A DNA stretch of 64,000 nt from a virus. The translations under genes were made by a program, and so were the position numbers. Location: positions 1-64,000 of IMG/VR virus record IMGVR_UViG_3300033996_001430; one strand, written 5' to 3'. Below, piece by piece: positions 28,687 through 39,255 of this stretch; position 1 is the first letter of the stretch; every line of letters starts with the position of its first letter. A model generated the notes under the pieces. That model made no database searches. It was not told the DNA's origin and worked only from the letters and a program-made list of their open reading frames with translations.

Positions 28687-30173
28687 TATGGTTGAAGTAT
28701 TGAAGAAGCGTATTTATAAGATTCTTCAGGTATTTTACCTCTAAGTTCAGTAAATGGCGTTTTATTTTTAAACGCTTCTGAATATGCTTTTAAGTTAGGA
28801 CCACTATTATATCCCGCAATTGAAAGATCAAGTCTTCCTGGAAATTTACTCAATAATACTTTCATCATTTTAGGATACGCTTTCAACGCATCACTAACAT
28901 TACAAGGATCACCACCACCCCCATAAGTTGGCCAAGTTCCCGGCATAAACTGAGCAATACCTTTAGCACCCGCACTTGAATTTCTCTTACATAACATAAC
29001 ATCAGGACTAAATGCAGACTCACTAAATAATTGTCTGATTGCAATTTTTGGGTCTAACCCAATCTCTTCAACATCAGACATAAACGTTTCATAACTATCT
29101 CCAGCAGCATTTTTGAATCTAGATTCAATATCTGACGGGTATTCTCTAACTTTTATACCTGGATTTTCAATTACCATTGGATTAAAGTTTTTATTACTCT
29201 TATCACTTTTACCAAAAGTATATCTCTTACCTGTTATTTTAAATAATAAATCGCTTATAATACCACCTGTCGTATCAGGTGTTAATTTACCTGTCTGTTC
29301 TAAATTATTGGTTTCTTGATAGTCCTCAATAGCCTGTGTTGTTTCACCATCTACTTGACCTGTCATTGGTAAATCGCTTTTATTTATAACATTCAAGGAA
29401 AATTGCATGGTTTTAATATCTTCAGGTGTCGCTCCACTTTCCATATTATCTTTTTTAGATAATATGGTTTGAATTGATTTAAAAAGTCTTTGGGACGCAG
29501 TTTGGGTTTCAGTATTAGTACTACTATCAGTATTAGCACCAACCGTTATATTTTTTAAATCACCCATATTAGCATAAACCTGATCTCTCATTAACTTGTG
29601 TTGCGCAGATCCTACGTGAACACCATCATTACTCCAACTCATATCACCAACTAATTTTGGTATTACTACCGCTCCAGTAATACTAGTCGCCAAATCAGTT
29701 TGGTATTTCACTCTTTTAGGTTTATAAGCTATCATACATTCTCTATCACAATATTTAGTTGGTTTAACTTTTTCCGGATTAAATATTGTTTCACTGTCAA
29801 ATCCTACCAATACAATTGCCTTTCCACCTTGACCATTAACTAAGTCAACCATTTTTTGTATATTACCAATTGGTTTTGTTATTGGTTGTGGAGACATTAC
29901 GTCATTTGCACCACCATAAATGAAAACTAAATCATATTTTTTTTCACTTAATTTTGTTGTAAGGTTTTCCAACATCCAATCAGTTCTCATCCCACCTTTA
30001 GCAACCTGAGTTACATCCCATTCAGGATGGTCTTTAGCAATTAAGTAGTTCCATGTCCATCCATCACCAGCACTATGACTATCACCAACAAACATAACAT
30101 TAATTTTCCCGTTATCTTCTTTGATGAGGTGTACTAAAGTTTTTAATTGTTCTTCACTTATTATAATCTTCAT
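28686..30173 (-). CDS. Leader + SGNH/GDSL hydrolase + PG-binding + SLT lytic transglycosylase
   Basis: FVGDSHS...GGAND...DGVH; ESAF...SSAGAKGIAQFMPGTW...AGYNSG. Confidence 0.85.
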   Translation of the reverse strand: MKIIISEEQLKTLVHLIKEDNGKINVMFVGDSHSAGDGWTWNYLIAKDHPEWDVTQVAKGGMRTDWMLENLTTKLSEKKYDLVFIYGGANDVMSPQPITKPIGNIQKMVDLVNGQGGKAIVLVGFDSETIFNPEKVKPTKYCDRECMIAYKPKRVKYQTDLATSITGAVVIPKLVGDMSWSNDGVHVGSAQHKLMRDQVYANMGDLKNITVGANTDSSTNTETQTASQRLFKSIQTILSKKDNMESGATPEDIKTMQFSLNVINKSDLPMTGQVDGETTQAIEDYQETNNLEQTGKLTPDTTGGIISDLLFKITGKRYTFGKSDKSNKNFNPMVIENPGIKVREYPSDIESRFKNAAGDSYETFMSDVEEIGLDPKIAIRQLFSESAFSPDVMLCKRNSSAGAKGIAQFMPGTWPTYGGGGDPCNVSDALKAYPKMMKVLLSKFPGRLDLSIAGYNSGPNLKAYSEAFKNKTPFTELRGKIPEESYKYASSILQP

Positions 30174-30175
30174 AA

Positions 30176-31321
30176 TTAAACATTAAATAATGGTTCATTT
30201 TTAAATAACACTAACCCACCTTTACTTACAACTTCATAATCTTTGTTTTCAAATACCACATAGTTAGATCCATTGTCACTTATAAACATCAATAAATCAA
30301 CATAATTTGGATTATACATTTTCATGGAGTTTGTTGGTACCGCATATTTAAAACCATCAATTGTACTTGGTTTAAGTTTACCATTTAATGGTTTTATTTG
30401 GTAATATAAATTTTCACTATTCACTTTTAAATCTCTCCCATATCTTGTGTCTTGAATTGATCCAGGACAATATTCAGTTAAACCACCTTCTTCAATATTA
30501 TATATTTGTTTTAAAACATTAATCGCATTTTGCTCATTGGTAATACCTCTTTTTAATGTACTCCAATTTAATTCTTCTAAATCATCCAAATATATAGATT
30601 CAGGACCTAAAATTTCTTCACTGTTATTTACTAACCAACTTAAAAATTTAGTTTTAAAATCTTCAAAAATGTCTTTTTTACCTTCTAAACTTGTTTTTGT
30701 TTTGTTTGCATATATTTCAAGTAACTTTGATATAACTTCCGAGTTTGTATCAAAATAATTTAATATTGACCAATCAGATATTAAAGAAAAATTTTCACCA
30801 TATTTTACACCTCTATAATGTATAACACCTCTATTGGTTTTGCAATTTTCATCCTTAACTGACTCACCATACATTGTATCTCCATTCTCATCTGTCTTGG
30901 TTGAATAAATTTTTTGCAGTAACTGTCTAAGAGTTTTTTGATAAGTGTCACCATCTTTATCATATTTTAATAGATATGACAAAGTTCTGTCATTACCAAT
31001 AAGAACATTATATTTACCATCATTATTTAAAATGTATGGGTCCCAAGTAGGATTTTTAAATACAAACGTATTTTTACCAATTTTTACTTCTTTACCGTCT
31101 TTAACAAGGATAATATCTTTATCACGATTATTTTGTATTAATATTTTATCATCATTACTTATTCCTTTCACAACAATAAGTGATGTACTACCGTAAGATT
31201 TTTTTTCTGTCGCAGTATATTTAATTTTTAGAGGTCCACCATCAAGTTCTTCGCCTTCTTTAATGATACCCATTAAAGTTTTTATCCTATCCAACTCCTC
31301 AATAATTATATTTTTACCCAT
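30176..31321 (-). CDS. Leader-bearing protein, possible C-terminal PD-(D/E)xK-like domain
   Basis: QDTRYGRDLKV...YQIKP. Confidence 0.55.
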   Translation of the reverse strand: MGKNIIIEELDRIKTLMGIIKEGEELDGGPLKIKYTATEKKSYGSTSLIVVKGISNDDKILIQNNRDKDIILVKDGKEVKIGKNTFVFKNPTWDPYILNNDGKYNVLIGNDRTLSYLLKYDKDGDTYQKTLRQLLQKIYSTKTDENGDTMYGESVKDENCKTNRGVIHYRGVKYGENFSLISDWSILNYFDTNSEVISKLLEIYANKTKTSLEGKKDIFEDFKTKFLSWLVNNSEEILGPESIYLDDLEELNWSTLKRGITNEQNAINVLKQIYNIEEGGLTEYCPGSIQDTRYGRDLKVNSENLYYQIKPLNGKLKPSTIDGFKYAVPTNSMKMYNPNYVDLLMFISDNGSNYVVFENKDYEVVSKGGLVLFKNEPLFNV

Positions 31322-31333
31322 AACTTATAAATA

Positions 31334-32002
31334 TCACAATTTAATTTCTTTATGGAATCCGCTATATTTTAACACTTCATCTCTTATATTTAACTCAAGA
31401 TCAATTTTATTCCTGTCAACATTAAAATTACCTTCAGAACCAGCTTCTGTATTCCACCCATTTTTATTACTATTTAAAAATTTAACAAAAAAGTTCTCAA
31501 ATTGCATTATAAAACCTGGATCAGCATCACCATCCGCCCTTAGATAGTTAAACCCATAATCATTATGACCAGCCCAAAAATCAACACTAAACCAACTAAC
31601 TCCGTCATCATCCATCATTTCCACAATATGTACAGGAGTTTTTTCCTGATATTCATGTGGCGCGTATTCCATAAAATAACAATAACTTTTAATGTCTATT
31701 TTTTTCTCTTCAGGATATATTCTAAAAATTAATTCGTGATTATCATTAAGATCAAAGTCAACAAGATCAGTTAATAAATGCATATGATCTTTAGTATATT
31801 CCATAAAGAAATTACGAAAAGTACCAATCATAGGTACTTTTTTATTACTATTATGTGTTTGACCATCAAACAAAACTGTAGGTTGGAATGATCCTACATT
31901 TTCAATCTCATCACCGTAACAATGAACCAAAACCTCACAGGGACCAATGTCTTCAAGATAAAGAAATATTGCTTGAGCTATTTTATTTATCTTATTACTC
32001 AT
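31334..32002 (-). CDS. Hypothetical protein, paralog of 31999..32664
   Basis: FLYLE start; GWNTEAGSEG. Confidence 0.7.
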   Translation of the reverse strand: MSNKINKIAQAIFLYLEDIGPCEVLVHCYGDEIENVGSFQPTVLFDGQTHNSNKKVPMIGTFRNFFMEYTKDHMHLLTDLVDFDLNDNHELIFRIYPEEKKIDIKSYCYFMEYAPHEYQEKTPVHIVEMMDDDGVSWFSVDFWAGHNDYGFNYLRADGDADPGFIMQFENFFVKFLNSNKNGWNTEAGSEGNFNVDRNKIDLELNIRDEVLKYSGFHKEIKL

Positions 32003-32664
32003 TCTATATCTTCAAGTTTTATTTCAAGATGTAAATCACTGTCAACCTGTTCTCTAGTATTCCAAATATGTTCAATTTCAATTTCTTGTTTAGTTACAGT
32101 TATTACTCCAGTAGCACCTTCATTGTTTTCCCAACCACCAAATGATCGTTCCAAATAAGTATAAACAACGTCTTCCATTCCCGCACTCAAATCATATTCA
32201 ACTCCATTATTTCCTTCACCTTTATCTTCAATGTGTCCATCATCTCCACCGCCTTCATATTTAACCGTAATTGATTCAAGGTTGTGTTCATCTAAAAATG
32301 AATTTACTTCCTCGTTACCATTTAATTCATAACTATCACCAGCAGATTCTTCACCATTTTCTGTTATTTCACTAGTAATAATCATAATTTTTGATTCCAC
32401 TTTAAATTTTATAAATAAACGGTAATACTCCTCCTCACTTTCACTTTGAGACCCATACCATATTTTATGACCATATTTTTCTATAATCATATCAAAAAGT
32501 GGTAAAAAATTAGACGGAATTTTAACGTCTTTACGTAATCCATTAATCCATACTTTTTCATCCCACCATTCTATACTAGTTATTTCCATGCTAAAATCAA
32601 CGGATGCCTCGTCGGTATTAAATTGTTCTAAATAAAGGAAAAATGATGTTAATAATCTTTTCAT
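31999..32664 (-). CDS. DUF6878-like protein
   Basis: VKYEGGGDDGHIE...GWENNEGATG. Confidence 0.6.
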   Translation of the reverse strand: MKRLLTSFFLYLEQFNTDEASVDFSMEITSIEWWDEKVWINGLRKDVKIPSNFLPLFDMIIEKYGHKIWYGSQSESEEEYYRLFIKFKVESKIMIITSEITENGEESAGDSYELNGNEEVNSFLDEHNLESITVKYEGGGDDGHIEDKGEGNNGVEYDLSAGMEDVVYTYLERSFGGWENNEGATGVITVTKQEIEIEHIWNTREQVDSDLHLEIKLEDIE

Positions 32665-32689
32665 AATACTATTTTATAATAAATATAAG

Positions 32690-33043
32690 TTAATCGTCAA
32701 ATTTCATCTTCATTGTACGTATCATCCACATTGGTCTTTCGTTTGACTCAATAGCCTTTATCCAATCGTGAGCACTTGGAATATAATTATTACAATCTTC
32801 TTTGATGTGATCTTCCCCCACATATCGTGTATAAACGACTTTACCATCACTATTGATGAATGAGGACCCAAATATCTTTTCCATCTCAAAAATACCCTCT
32901 GAATGATGTCTAAACATCCTGTGTAAAGAATTTCCAACCCATGCTTTGGTCTCATCCAACCAATTATGTAAATGGATATAATCTTCTTCTTTACCTCCGT
33001 ATTTCTTAACTGAACTTTTTGCGTGTATTAATGGGTGTGCCAT
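32690..33043 (-). CDS. DUF6915-like protein
   Basis: MAHPLIHAKSSVKKYGG...HRMFRHHSEGIF...VGEDHIKED. Confidence 0.65.
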   Translation of the reverse strand: MAHPLIHAKSSVKKYGGKEEDYIHLHNWLDETKAWVGNSLHRMFRHHSEGIFEMEKIFGSSFINSDGKVVYTRYVGEDHIKEDCNNYIPSAHDWIKAIESNERPMWMIRTMKMKFDD

Positions 33044-33106
33044 GATAAATGATTTTTTTATATAATAGTGAATTTTATAATGGAATTGTAGTGATATTTA
33101 TTATAT

Positions 33107-33307
33107 ATGAAAATTATAATCACAGAGAAACAAGCCGATATACTATTTGGAAATAAGATCCATTGTTCAAAATGTGATCACTCATGGAAAAAAGAAAAGG
33201 ATGATAAACATCCTTATTTATGCCATTCATGTGGTTGGGATAACAAATCCAAAAAATATAATAAAGTAGAACTAAAAAAGTTTTGGGATAACCATACCAA
33301 AAAATAG
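33107..33307 (+). CDS. Leader-bearing zinc-ribbon protein
   Basis: MKIIITEKQ; CSKC...CHSCG; TATTTAT upstream. Confidence 0.7.
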   Translation: MKIIITEKQADILFGNKIHCSKCDHSWKKEKDDKHPYLCHSCGWDNKSKKYNKVELKKFWDNHTKK

Positions 33308-33308
33308 G

Positions 33309-35075
33309 TTATGCACGTTTTTGAACATAATTATTAGTAATCGCTTTAGAGGTAACTCCTTTAACCATATCATTAGCTTTTTTGACCACATTATCATCAT
33401 TACTAGCAAGTTGGGTTCCTTTGTCTATAAGTTTACCAAATTGATCATATGCTTTATATCCTTTATCCGCAGTTTTTGCATAATCACCTGATTTAACCGC
33501 CCCTTTAAAATCTTTTGTAAGTATTTTTTTATAATCCCCAATACCATAACCTAATTCAAGTGCGGTCTTTGCTTTATCACCAGCAACATAACCCGTAGCG
33601 TCCGCAGTGTATCCTTTTACTTTATCTTTAGCCGGATCGTATATAACTTTCTGTGTTATTTTTTTAGCATCTGCTTTAATTTGATCTTGAGTCAATTTTT
33701 TAATTCCAAGATCGGTCGCAAGTTTGGTTTCCGACGCAGCTCCCGTACCAGACCATTTCACTATACCTTGGAAAAGTTGTTCCATCCACGCAGCAGCTTT
33801 AGTAACCATGCCACCAATAGTTGTCGCACCAAGTTTTTCAACTACCCATGTACCCGCTTGTTTTATTAGACCCGCCGCCCAACTCAACGCACCACCAATC
33901 TTACTAACCCAAGGTTTAACGTATTTAATAAACCAAGATTGTTTGGCAATCTTTTGAAAAAATGAACCAATTGTGCCTCCCGCCCCAAAAAATGGTTTTA
34001 GGAACTTACCAATGATTTTTGCTAATGCCCCCGCAGTACATAGACCAATTACGCTAAAAAATAATTTACCCCAAGAACCAATACCTGAAGCAATTTGTGA
34101 TACATCAAATAATGTTAATGCCGCCCATGCCGCGGTAACCCCAAGTGCCCCAACACCTGTATAATCTAATAATGTTTGTAGTATTGCCCCACCTGTACTC
34201 ATAAGAATATCTCTCATTTGTTCAAAGAACCAAGGTATTCCTTTTTCTTTTAACCATGTAAAACCTTTTTTAACCAAATCAACACCAGCACCCGCAGCCG
34301 CTAAAAAAGTATTATAATTGGCTCCACTATAACCCAAACCTTCTAATCTTTTCCAAATTGCTCGGTATTGAGTCGGATCAAAGTCTGACATCTCAGCATT
34401 AAGCCAAGCTCTAAGATTTCCATATGGTTTAATTTGATATGCAATTATTTCATTAACTTTATCTAAAATATTTTTATTTACAATAAGATCTATTGCTTTA
34501 ACCGCATCATCTTCATTTGTTCCGTCGTAGTCATCAAATACGTTATCACCATCAAGATCAAACGCCCTTTTTAACGCATTAACAACAGAATATGCCGCAC
34601 TATCATTTTTAGCTTTAATATCAGCCTCACTCTTTAAAAACGCCGCCTTTTGTTCAGGTGTCATTTTTGCAAGAGCGTCATTTCTTTTTTGATTTTCAGC
34701 ATCAATTTTTTTATCAATATCTTTAATCCATCCCCATCCCGACCAATCGTCGTCTTCTTCTTCAGATAATATATTTGACTTTGTAACTTCATTTACAAAA
34801 CTTTCTTTTAGAAACGAAAAGAATTTATCAACCTCATTTTTAGGATTGAATGTTGATTCAACAATTACGTCACCATTAAACTCCCTTTCGTAACTCTCTC
34901 TAATAGTTTTATTATTACCAAATAAATTAGTAATGTACTCATTCTGACTTTCCTTTAGGAATACCGCTTTATTTGTGAAGTTAGGATTTGTCTCCATCTC
35001 AAATAAATGTAATCCCCTATGAAAATCTAATTGTCTTTCAACTTTAGATAAGTAATAATTTAACCTATTGTCCAT
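33309..35075 (-). CDS. Large membrane-interacting virion-like protein with annexin-like motif
   Basis: DGTNEDDAVKAI; long Gly/Ala hydrophobic amphipathic stretch. Confidence 0.65.
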   Translation of the reverse strand: MDNRLNYYLSKVERQLDFHRGLHLFEMETNPNFTNKAVFLKESQNEYITNLFGNNKTIRESYEREFNGDVIVESTFNPKNEVDKFFSFLKESFVNEVTKSNILSEEEDDDWSGWGWIKDIDKKIDAENQKRNDALAKMTPEQKAAFLKSEADIKAKNDSAAYSVVNALKRAFDLDGDNVFDDYDGTNEDDAVKAIDLIVNKNILDKVNEIIAYQIKPYGNLRAWLNAEMSDFDPTQYRAIWKRLEGLGYSGANYNTFLAAAGAGVDLVKKGFTWLKEKGIPWFFEQMRDILMSTGGAILQTLLDYTGVGALGVTAAWAALTLFDVSQIASGIGSWGKLFFSVIGLCTAGALAKIIGKFLKPFFGAGGTIGSFFQKIAKQSWFIKYVKPWVSKIGGALSWAAGLIKQAGTWVVEKLGATTIGGMVTKAAAWMEQLFQGIVKWSGTGAASETKLATDLGIKKLTQDQIKADAKKITQKVIYDPAKDKVKGYTADATGYVAGDKAKTALELGYGIGDYKKILTKDFKGAVKSGDYAKTADKGYKAYDQFGKLIDKGTQLASNDDNVVKKANDMVKGVTSKAITNNYVQKRA

Positions 35076-35149
35076 AATATTTTTAATTCTTATATAATAA
35101 ATATTACCATATACTAAAAACTATGATTTTTAATATATTTATATAAAGT

Positions 35150-36121
35150 ATGAAAGATATTAAATTACATAGTATTATAAAAAGAGTATTGTTGGAAGAG
35201 GTTGACGATAAGGCTTTTACCAAAAGAGAAATAATATTCTTTAAATTTTTAAACGAGTTTAAAGAATCCGCTCAACCATCATCAGAAAAGTTAAGTAAAT
35301 TTATCCAAAGTAATATGTCTTCATTTGGTTTTAAACCTGAGGACTATACCGAACTTTCAAATAGGTACACTCAGAATTATAGAGAAGATGGCAGATACGA
35401 GGACACTAAAACAAGTGAACTTAAACAATATCACAACTTAAAAACTAAAAAGGTAACCAACACAAACGCATCCGAAAGAGTCTCAGAACTACTACCATTT
35501 AAAGGATCTAACTTAGAAGGTAGATGGGAACAAGACGGTAAAGGTGATTGGGGTTATGTCGTTCTTTCATATAATTGGTATCCTATATACATTTACAAAT
35601 ATAAAAAATGGTTTGAAACTTCTAATTCATATTCATCATCCACATCTAAACAGATGAGGAATACAAGACCAACAAGATGGAATAGTAAGATAGGAAAACA
35701 AATGTTGATTTGTGATCGTAATGAGATGGATCAGATAAGACGTGGTTCTATTAGTCCAGAACAATTAGTTGTAAATAAAAATAACAATTTTACTGAATCA
35801 ATTGATAAATTGATTGACTCACATACTTTACAAACAATCAGAGTTGGTTGGTTCCCAAGATTAAGATTATCGTTTTACTACACAGGAGTTAGATTCAATG
35901 AGAAAATGCCTGAGGTAGACATAAACATTGTTAAAGTTGATAAGATAATTGATAACAAAATAGATAGAGAATCAGGTGATTTCTTTACAGGTAATATGGT
36001 TGGTGTCACTGAAGAATATTTAAAAACCTCAGTTAATTCACACTTTGAAAGATCATTTACTGAAATGTTAGGTAGAGATCTATCCGAAAGTATAATAGTT
36101 AACATATCTTTTAAAAAATAA
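35150..36121 (+). CDS. Leader-bearing hypothetical protein
   Basis: IIKRVLLEE; YVVLSYNWYPIY...YSSSTSKQ. Confidence 0.7.
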   Translation: MKDIKLHSIIKRVLLEEVDDKAFTKREIIFFKFLNEFKESAQPSSEKLSKFIQSNMSSFGFKPEDYTELSNRYTQNYREDGRYEDTKTSELKQYHNLKTKKVTNTNASERVSELLPFKGSNLEGRWEQDGKGDWGYVVLSYNWYPIYIYKYKKWFETSNSYSSSTSKQMRNTRPTRWNSKIGKQMLICDRNEMDQIRRGSISPEQLVVNKNNNFTESIDKLIDSHTLQTIRVGWFPRLRLSFYYTGVRFNEKMPEVDINIVKVDKIIDNKIDRESGDFFTGNMVGVTEEYLKTSVNSHFERSFTEMLGRDLSESIIVNISFKK

Positions 36122-36122
36122 A

Positions 36123-36146
36123 AAAGTCGGATCTAAGTCCGACTTT
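36123..36146. terminator. Bidirectional terminator between convergent genes
   Basis: AAAGTCGGA-TCTAAG-TCCGACTTT with A/T tracts on both sides. Confidence 0.75.
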
Positions 36147-36165
36147 ATTTTTACAATCCTTAATT

Positions 36166-36402
36166 TTATAACCCGTAGTTAACTCTTTTATCACCTAACA
36201 ATTCCAAGGCTTTCTCAACCGCCATGTCTTTGTTTTTAAGACCACGTTCTTTAATCTTCTTACCATGTACGATTTGATAAGTAGTTGAAGCGACTTCTTT
36301 GTTATCACCTTTCCCAGATTGTTTTTTAATAGCTTCCATCGCATAAACATCTAAAAAACCAACTTTACAAATGTAACGACCTTTTGTTGAACCTTTTACC
36401 AT
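36166..36402 (-). CDS. Hypothetical protein
   Basis: TACATTTG promoter upstream. Confidence 0.65.
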   Translation of the reverse strand: MVKGSTKGRYICKVGFLDVYAMEAIKKQSGKGDNKEVASTTYQIVHGKKIKERGLKNKDMAVEKALELLGDKRVNYGL

Positions 36403-36448
36403 TTTTTTATTTTTTTGTTTTAATTAATACTTCTACAAATGTACGAAT

Positions 36449-36796
36449 TTATTTTTGATCTGACAACATAAAATTTAAAAATTTTCTTATTGTCCTAATA
36501 ATTTTTACTCTTTCAGGATCTTGTTCATCCATATCGTAAACATAATCAGTCATATCATTTTCATATAACATATTTACAATACTATTTTCCATGTCTTTTT
36601 TTGACATATACCCATTAAACCCATATCCTGGCAACCCTTCAAATTTGTATTCCTTAACTTTTAATCCTCCCCAGTCATCACCTATCTTTCTTTCGTTAAC
36701 CTTAAGTCTTCTAATTAAGAAATAAAACAATTTACTATCTATATCTTCGTGTTGTGAAGATATTTGTTCATTCTCATTCAAAGTTGACTTAATCAT
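36449..36796 (-). CDS. Hypothetical protein
   Basis: ORF coupled to the upstream gene. Confidence 0.65.
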   Translation of the reverse strand: MIKSTLNENEQISSQHEDIDSKLFYFLIRRLKVNERKIGDDWGGLKVKEYKFEGLPGYGFNGYMSKKDMENSIVNMLYENDMTDYVYDMDEQDPERVKIIRTIRKFLNFMLSDQK

Positions 36797-37285
36797 TTAT
36801 TTAAGAAATTTTAATTTGTAAAGAGTAGAATTTATTAGTTCTTCTACAGTATCAATTTGGTTCTGCAAATAACTTTCTTTAACTGAATCACGATTATCAG
36901 AAATAACATCCAATAACTCTTTAAAGTACTTAATTAATTGATCATTTGACTTATAATCAACCATATCAAAAGTTTTGTAATTTTTAACTAATCCGTGTTT
37001 ACCCTGATATGATTCAACTAACCCGTCAACTAATCCATCTATACCTTCATAATATTTTTGTAGTGCTTTATGTTCTGAATATGAAGTTGTTTGTAAATGA
37101 AGGATATGTACTTGTGTTTGTGAATGTAATAACTTACAAACTATTTCACAAAACTGATCATTACTTCCTTCGGACTCTGAATCATTTTCATTATTGTCAT
37201 CTTTGTCTTCAATTGTATCTTCCTGTTCGTATAAACCTTGTTTTTTTAATTCTTCAAACAATTTTTCTGTTAGATTTTTTTCCAT
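36797..37285 (-). CDS. Ferritin/Dps-like four-helix protein (DUF5856-like)
   Basis: HILHLQTTSYSEHKAL..YY..IDGLVDGLVESYQG...LYKLKFL. Confidence 0.65.
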   Translation of the reverse strand: MEKNLTEKLFEELKKQGLYEQEDTIEDKDDNNENDSESEGSNDQFCEIVCKLLHSQTQVHILHLQTTSYSEHKALQKYYEGIDGLVDGLVESYQGKHGLVKNYKTFDMVDYKSNDQLIKYFKELLDVISDNRDSVKESYLQNQIDTVEELINSTLYKLKFLK

Positions 37286-37313
37286 AGTTTTTTATTAATA
37301 AATATACTCAAGT

Positions 37314-37814
37314 TTATGATTTTACAACCAAATCCTTTTCTGATATAATAATACTAGATTCATCAAACGTACTATCTAACCTTAATATCTCATTTTTAAT
37401 CTCAGAAAATGAAGACCACAATAACGATCCTTCAGTTTTTGGACTGTAATCATTATCAACCAAATATTGTACTATAATATTTTCTTCCAATGTTATGAAC
37501 CCATGAGCAAACCCTCTTGGGACAATTAATTCATCACCACCTTTCATTTCAAAAAATTGGCAGTTATTATACGATCTAAGTGGTTTCCTTAAATCCACCA
37601 CAAAATCTAAAATTCTACCATTAATGACCTTTACCAATTTTGCTTGGGAGGTTTCTCCTGTTTGATAATGTAATCCTCTTAATGTAAACTTTTTTGGGTT
37701 CACGCTAATATTACTTTGTTTCCATTCCTTGTCTAATTCAAACAACGAAAGAGGACTAAATGATCCTCTCTCATCATAGAATATTCTGTTGTTGATTATT
37801 CTTGGTTGTTCCAT
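37314..37814 (-). CDS. rmlC: dTDP-4-dehydrorhamnose 3,5-epimerase
   Basis: DERGSF, QSNIS, TLRGLHYQ, QAKLV, VDLR, PRGFAHGF. Confidence 0.88.
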   Translation of the reverse strand: MEQPRIINNRIFYDERGSFSPLSLFELDKEWKQSNISVNPKKFTLRGLHYQTGETSQAKLVKVINGRILDFVVDLRKPLRSYNNCQFFEMKGGDELIVPRGFAHGFITLEENIIVQYLVDNDYSPKTEGSLLWSSFSEIKNEILRLDSTFDESSIIISEKDLVVKS

Positions 37815-38506
37815 TATATAAATTTAATTTCGTTAGTTATAGGGTCCCAATCAATATTCCATGGAGTATGTGAATAAAGATATCGTTCGTTCAATACAGA
37901 CGCATTGAAGTAGTGTGTGTGACCATCAAAGTAGTGTCCATGACCAGTATGGATATGACCACAGATATGGATCTTAGGTTTGATTTGTTTGATTCTCTCC
38001 GCAAGTAATTCACAACCCAAGTGAACATTGCGATTACCTTCAACATCATCTAATATTCCCCAAGCCGGTCCGTGAGTAATCAATATATCAATACCTTCAG
38101 GAATCATATCCCATTTTGCTTTCAACTCTTCACCATTTCGTGGTAAGTTAAATGCCCAATTGTAGAACTCAGGTTGCCAAGGAGATCCCCAAATTTTAAC
38201 TTCAGGACCATCACCATCTTGTGTAGTCATTAACTCATCTTGGACGTATTCAATAGTCTTGTACCCTGTTAATATATCTTTTACTTTCTCAACATTGTTT
38301 TGAAAACCCCAATCATGATTACCTGCAATGAATACTTTATGGTCATAGGTTACGATTTTATCGTACCAAGCAGCAAACTCACGTATCTCGTGTTCGTAAC
38401 CCATAGAACTAATATCACCCGCATGGATTAACAAATCACCACCAGGTAAATCGTGGTGTACGTGTTTGTGTTTTCCGTGTGTGTCTGATATGATAGTTAA
38501 TTTCAT
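37814..38506 (-). CDS. Calcineurin-like metallophosphoesterase
   Basis: SDTH, HAGD, AGNHD, THGP, CGHIH. Confidence 0.85.
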   Translation of the reverse strand: MKLTIISDTHGKHKHVHHDLPGGDLLIHAGDISSMGYEHEIREFAAWYDKIVTYDHKVFIAGNHDWGFQNNVEKVKDILTGYKTIEYVQDELMTTQDGDGPEVKIWGSPWQPEFYNWAFNLPRNGEELKAKWDMIPEGIDILITHGPAWGILDDVEGNRNVHLGCELLAERIKQIKPKIHICGHIHTGHGHYFDGHTHYFNASVLNERYLYSHTPWNIDWDPITNEIKFI

Positions 38507-38523
38507 AATACAAATATACAAAA

Positions 38524-38916
38524 TTAATAGTGTAAATCCAAATAAAGATTGTCGTCATCTGTATATTTTACACAACAAAATGCAGGATGGTATTGGTCTT
38601 TCAAATCATCAGTTAACTCATGAATATGTTTTGAAGGATCATCCACATAGTACATTGGTTCTTCTCCATTCTTTCTCCTTTGGATTTCTTCTTCCATTCG
38701 GGCATTATGGGTCATAGACATATTATACTGTTCTCCTTCTTTCAATACCACACCCCATCCGTGTTGCTCATAATACTTATCTTCAACTCTTTGGGCAAGA
38801 ACAAGAGCATCATCAGGTAATTCAGGATGATCCTCCAAAAACTTTCTAAGTTTCCCGATGGTAAGGTAATATTCGTAATTACCTTTTAAATCATCAATGA
38901 CATTTATTTTACCCAT
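38524..38916 (-). CDS. Hypothetical protein
   Basis: ORF track. Confidence 0.65.
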   Translation of the reverse strand: MGKINVIDDLKGNYEYYLTIGKLRKFLEDHPELPDDALVLAQRVEDKYYEQHGWGVVLKEGEQYNMSMTHNARMEEEIQRRKNGEEPMYYVDDPSKHIHELTDDLKDQYHPAFCCVKYTDDDNLYLDLHY

Positions 38917-38929
38917 TACACTAATTTTT

Positions 38930-39250
38930 TTATTTAGTTTTATAATCGTTCCACTTCCATCCTAGAAATAGTTTCATACATTTTCTATGTAACCAATTTG
39001 GTTTTTTCTCAAAATGAATACAAAACCCTTCGCCAGCACCAATACAATATTTGCCAACCTTCTTTACTATTTTATTTTCTTCACTTTTTGTAACATATGG
39101 TTTTTCTGAGTTATCAACTTGATGATTATCCAAATTTTCTTCAGTTATTACTTTTTTCTTTCTAGGTTTATAAGTCCTTTTTTTTGGTTTTTTTTCTACT
39201 ACAGGTCTACCCGTAGTAACCGTTTCTTTTAAAATTATTTTTTCTGTCAT
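38930..39250 (-). CDS. Hypothetical basic protein
   Basis: KPNWLHRKCMKLFLGWKW tail. Confidence 0.6.
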   Translation of the reverse strand: MTEKIILKETVTTGRPVVEKKPKKRTYKPRKKKVITEENLDNHQVDNSEKPYVTKSEENKIVKKVGKYCIGAGEGFCIHFEKKPNWLHRKCMKLFLGWKWNDYKTK

Positions 39251-39255
39251 TTTTT

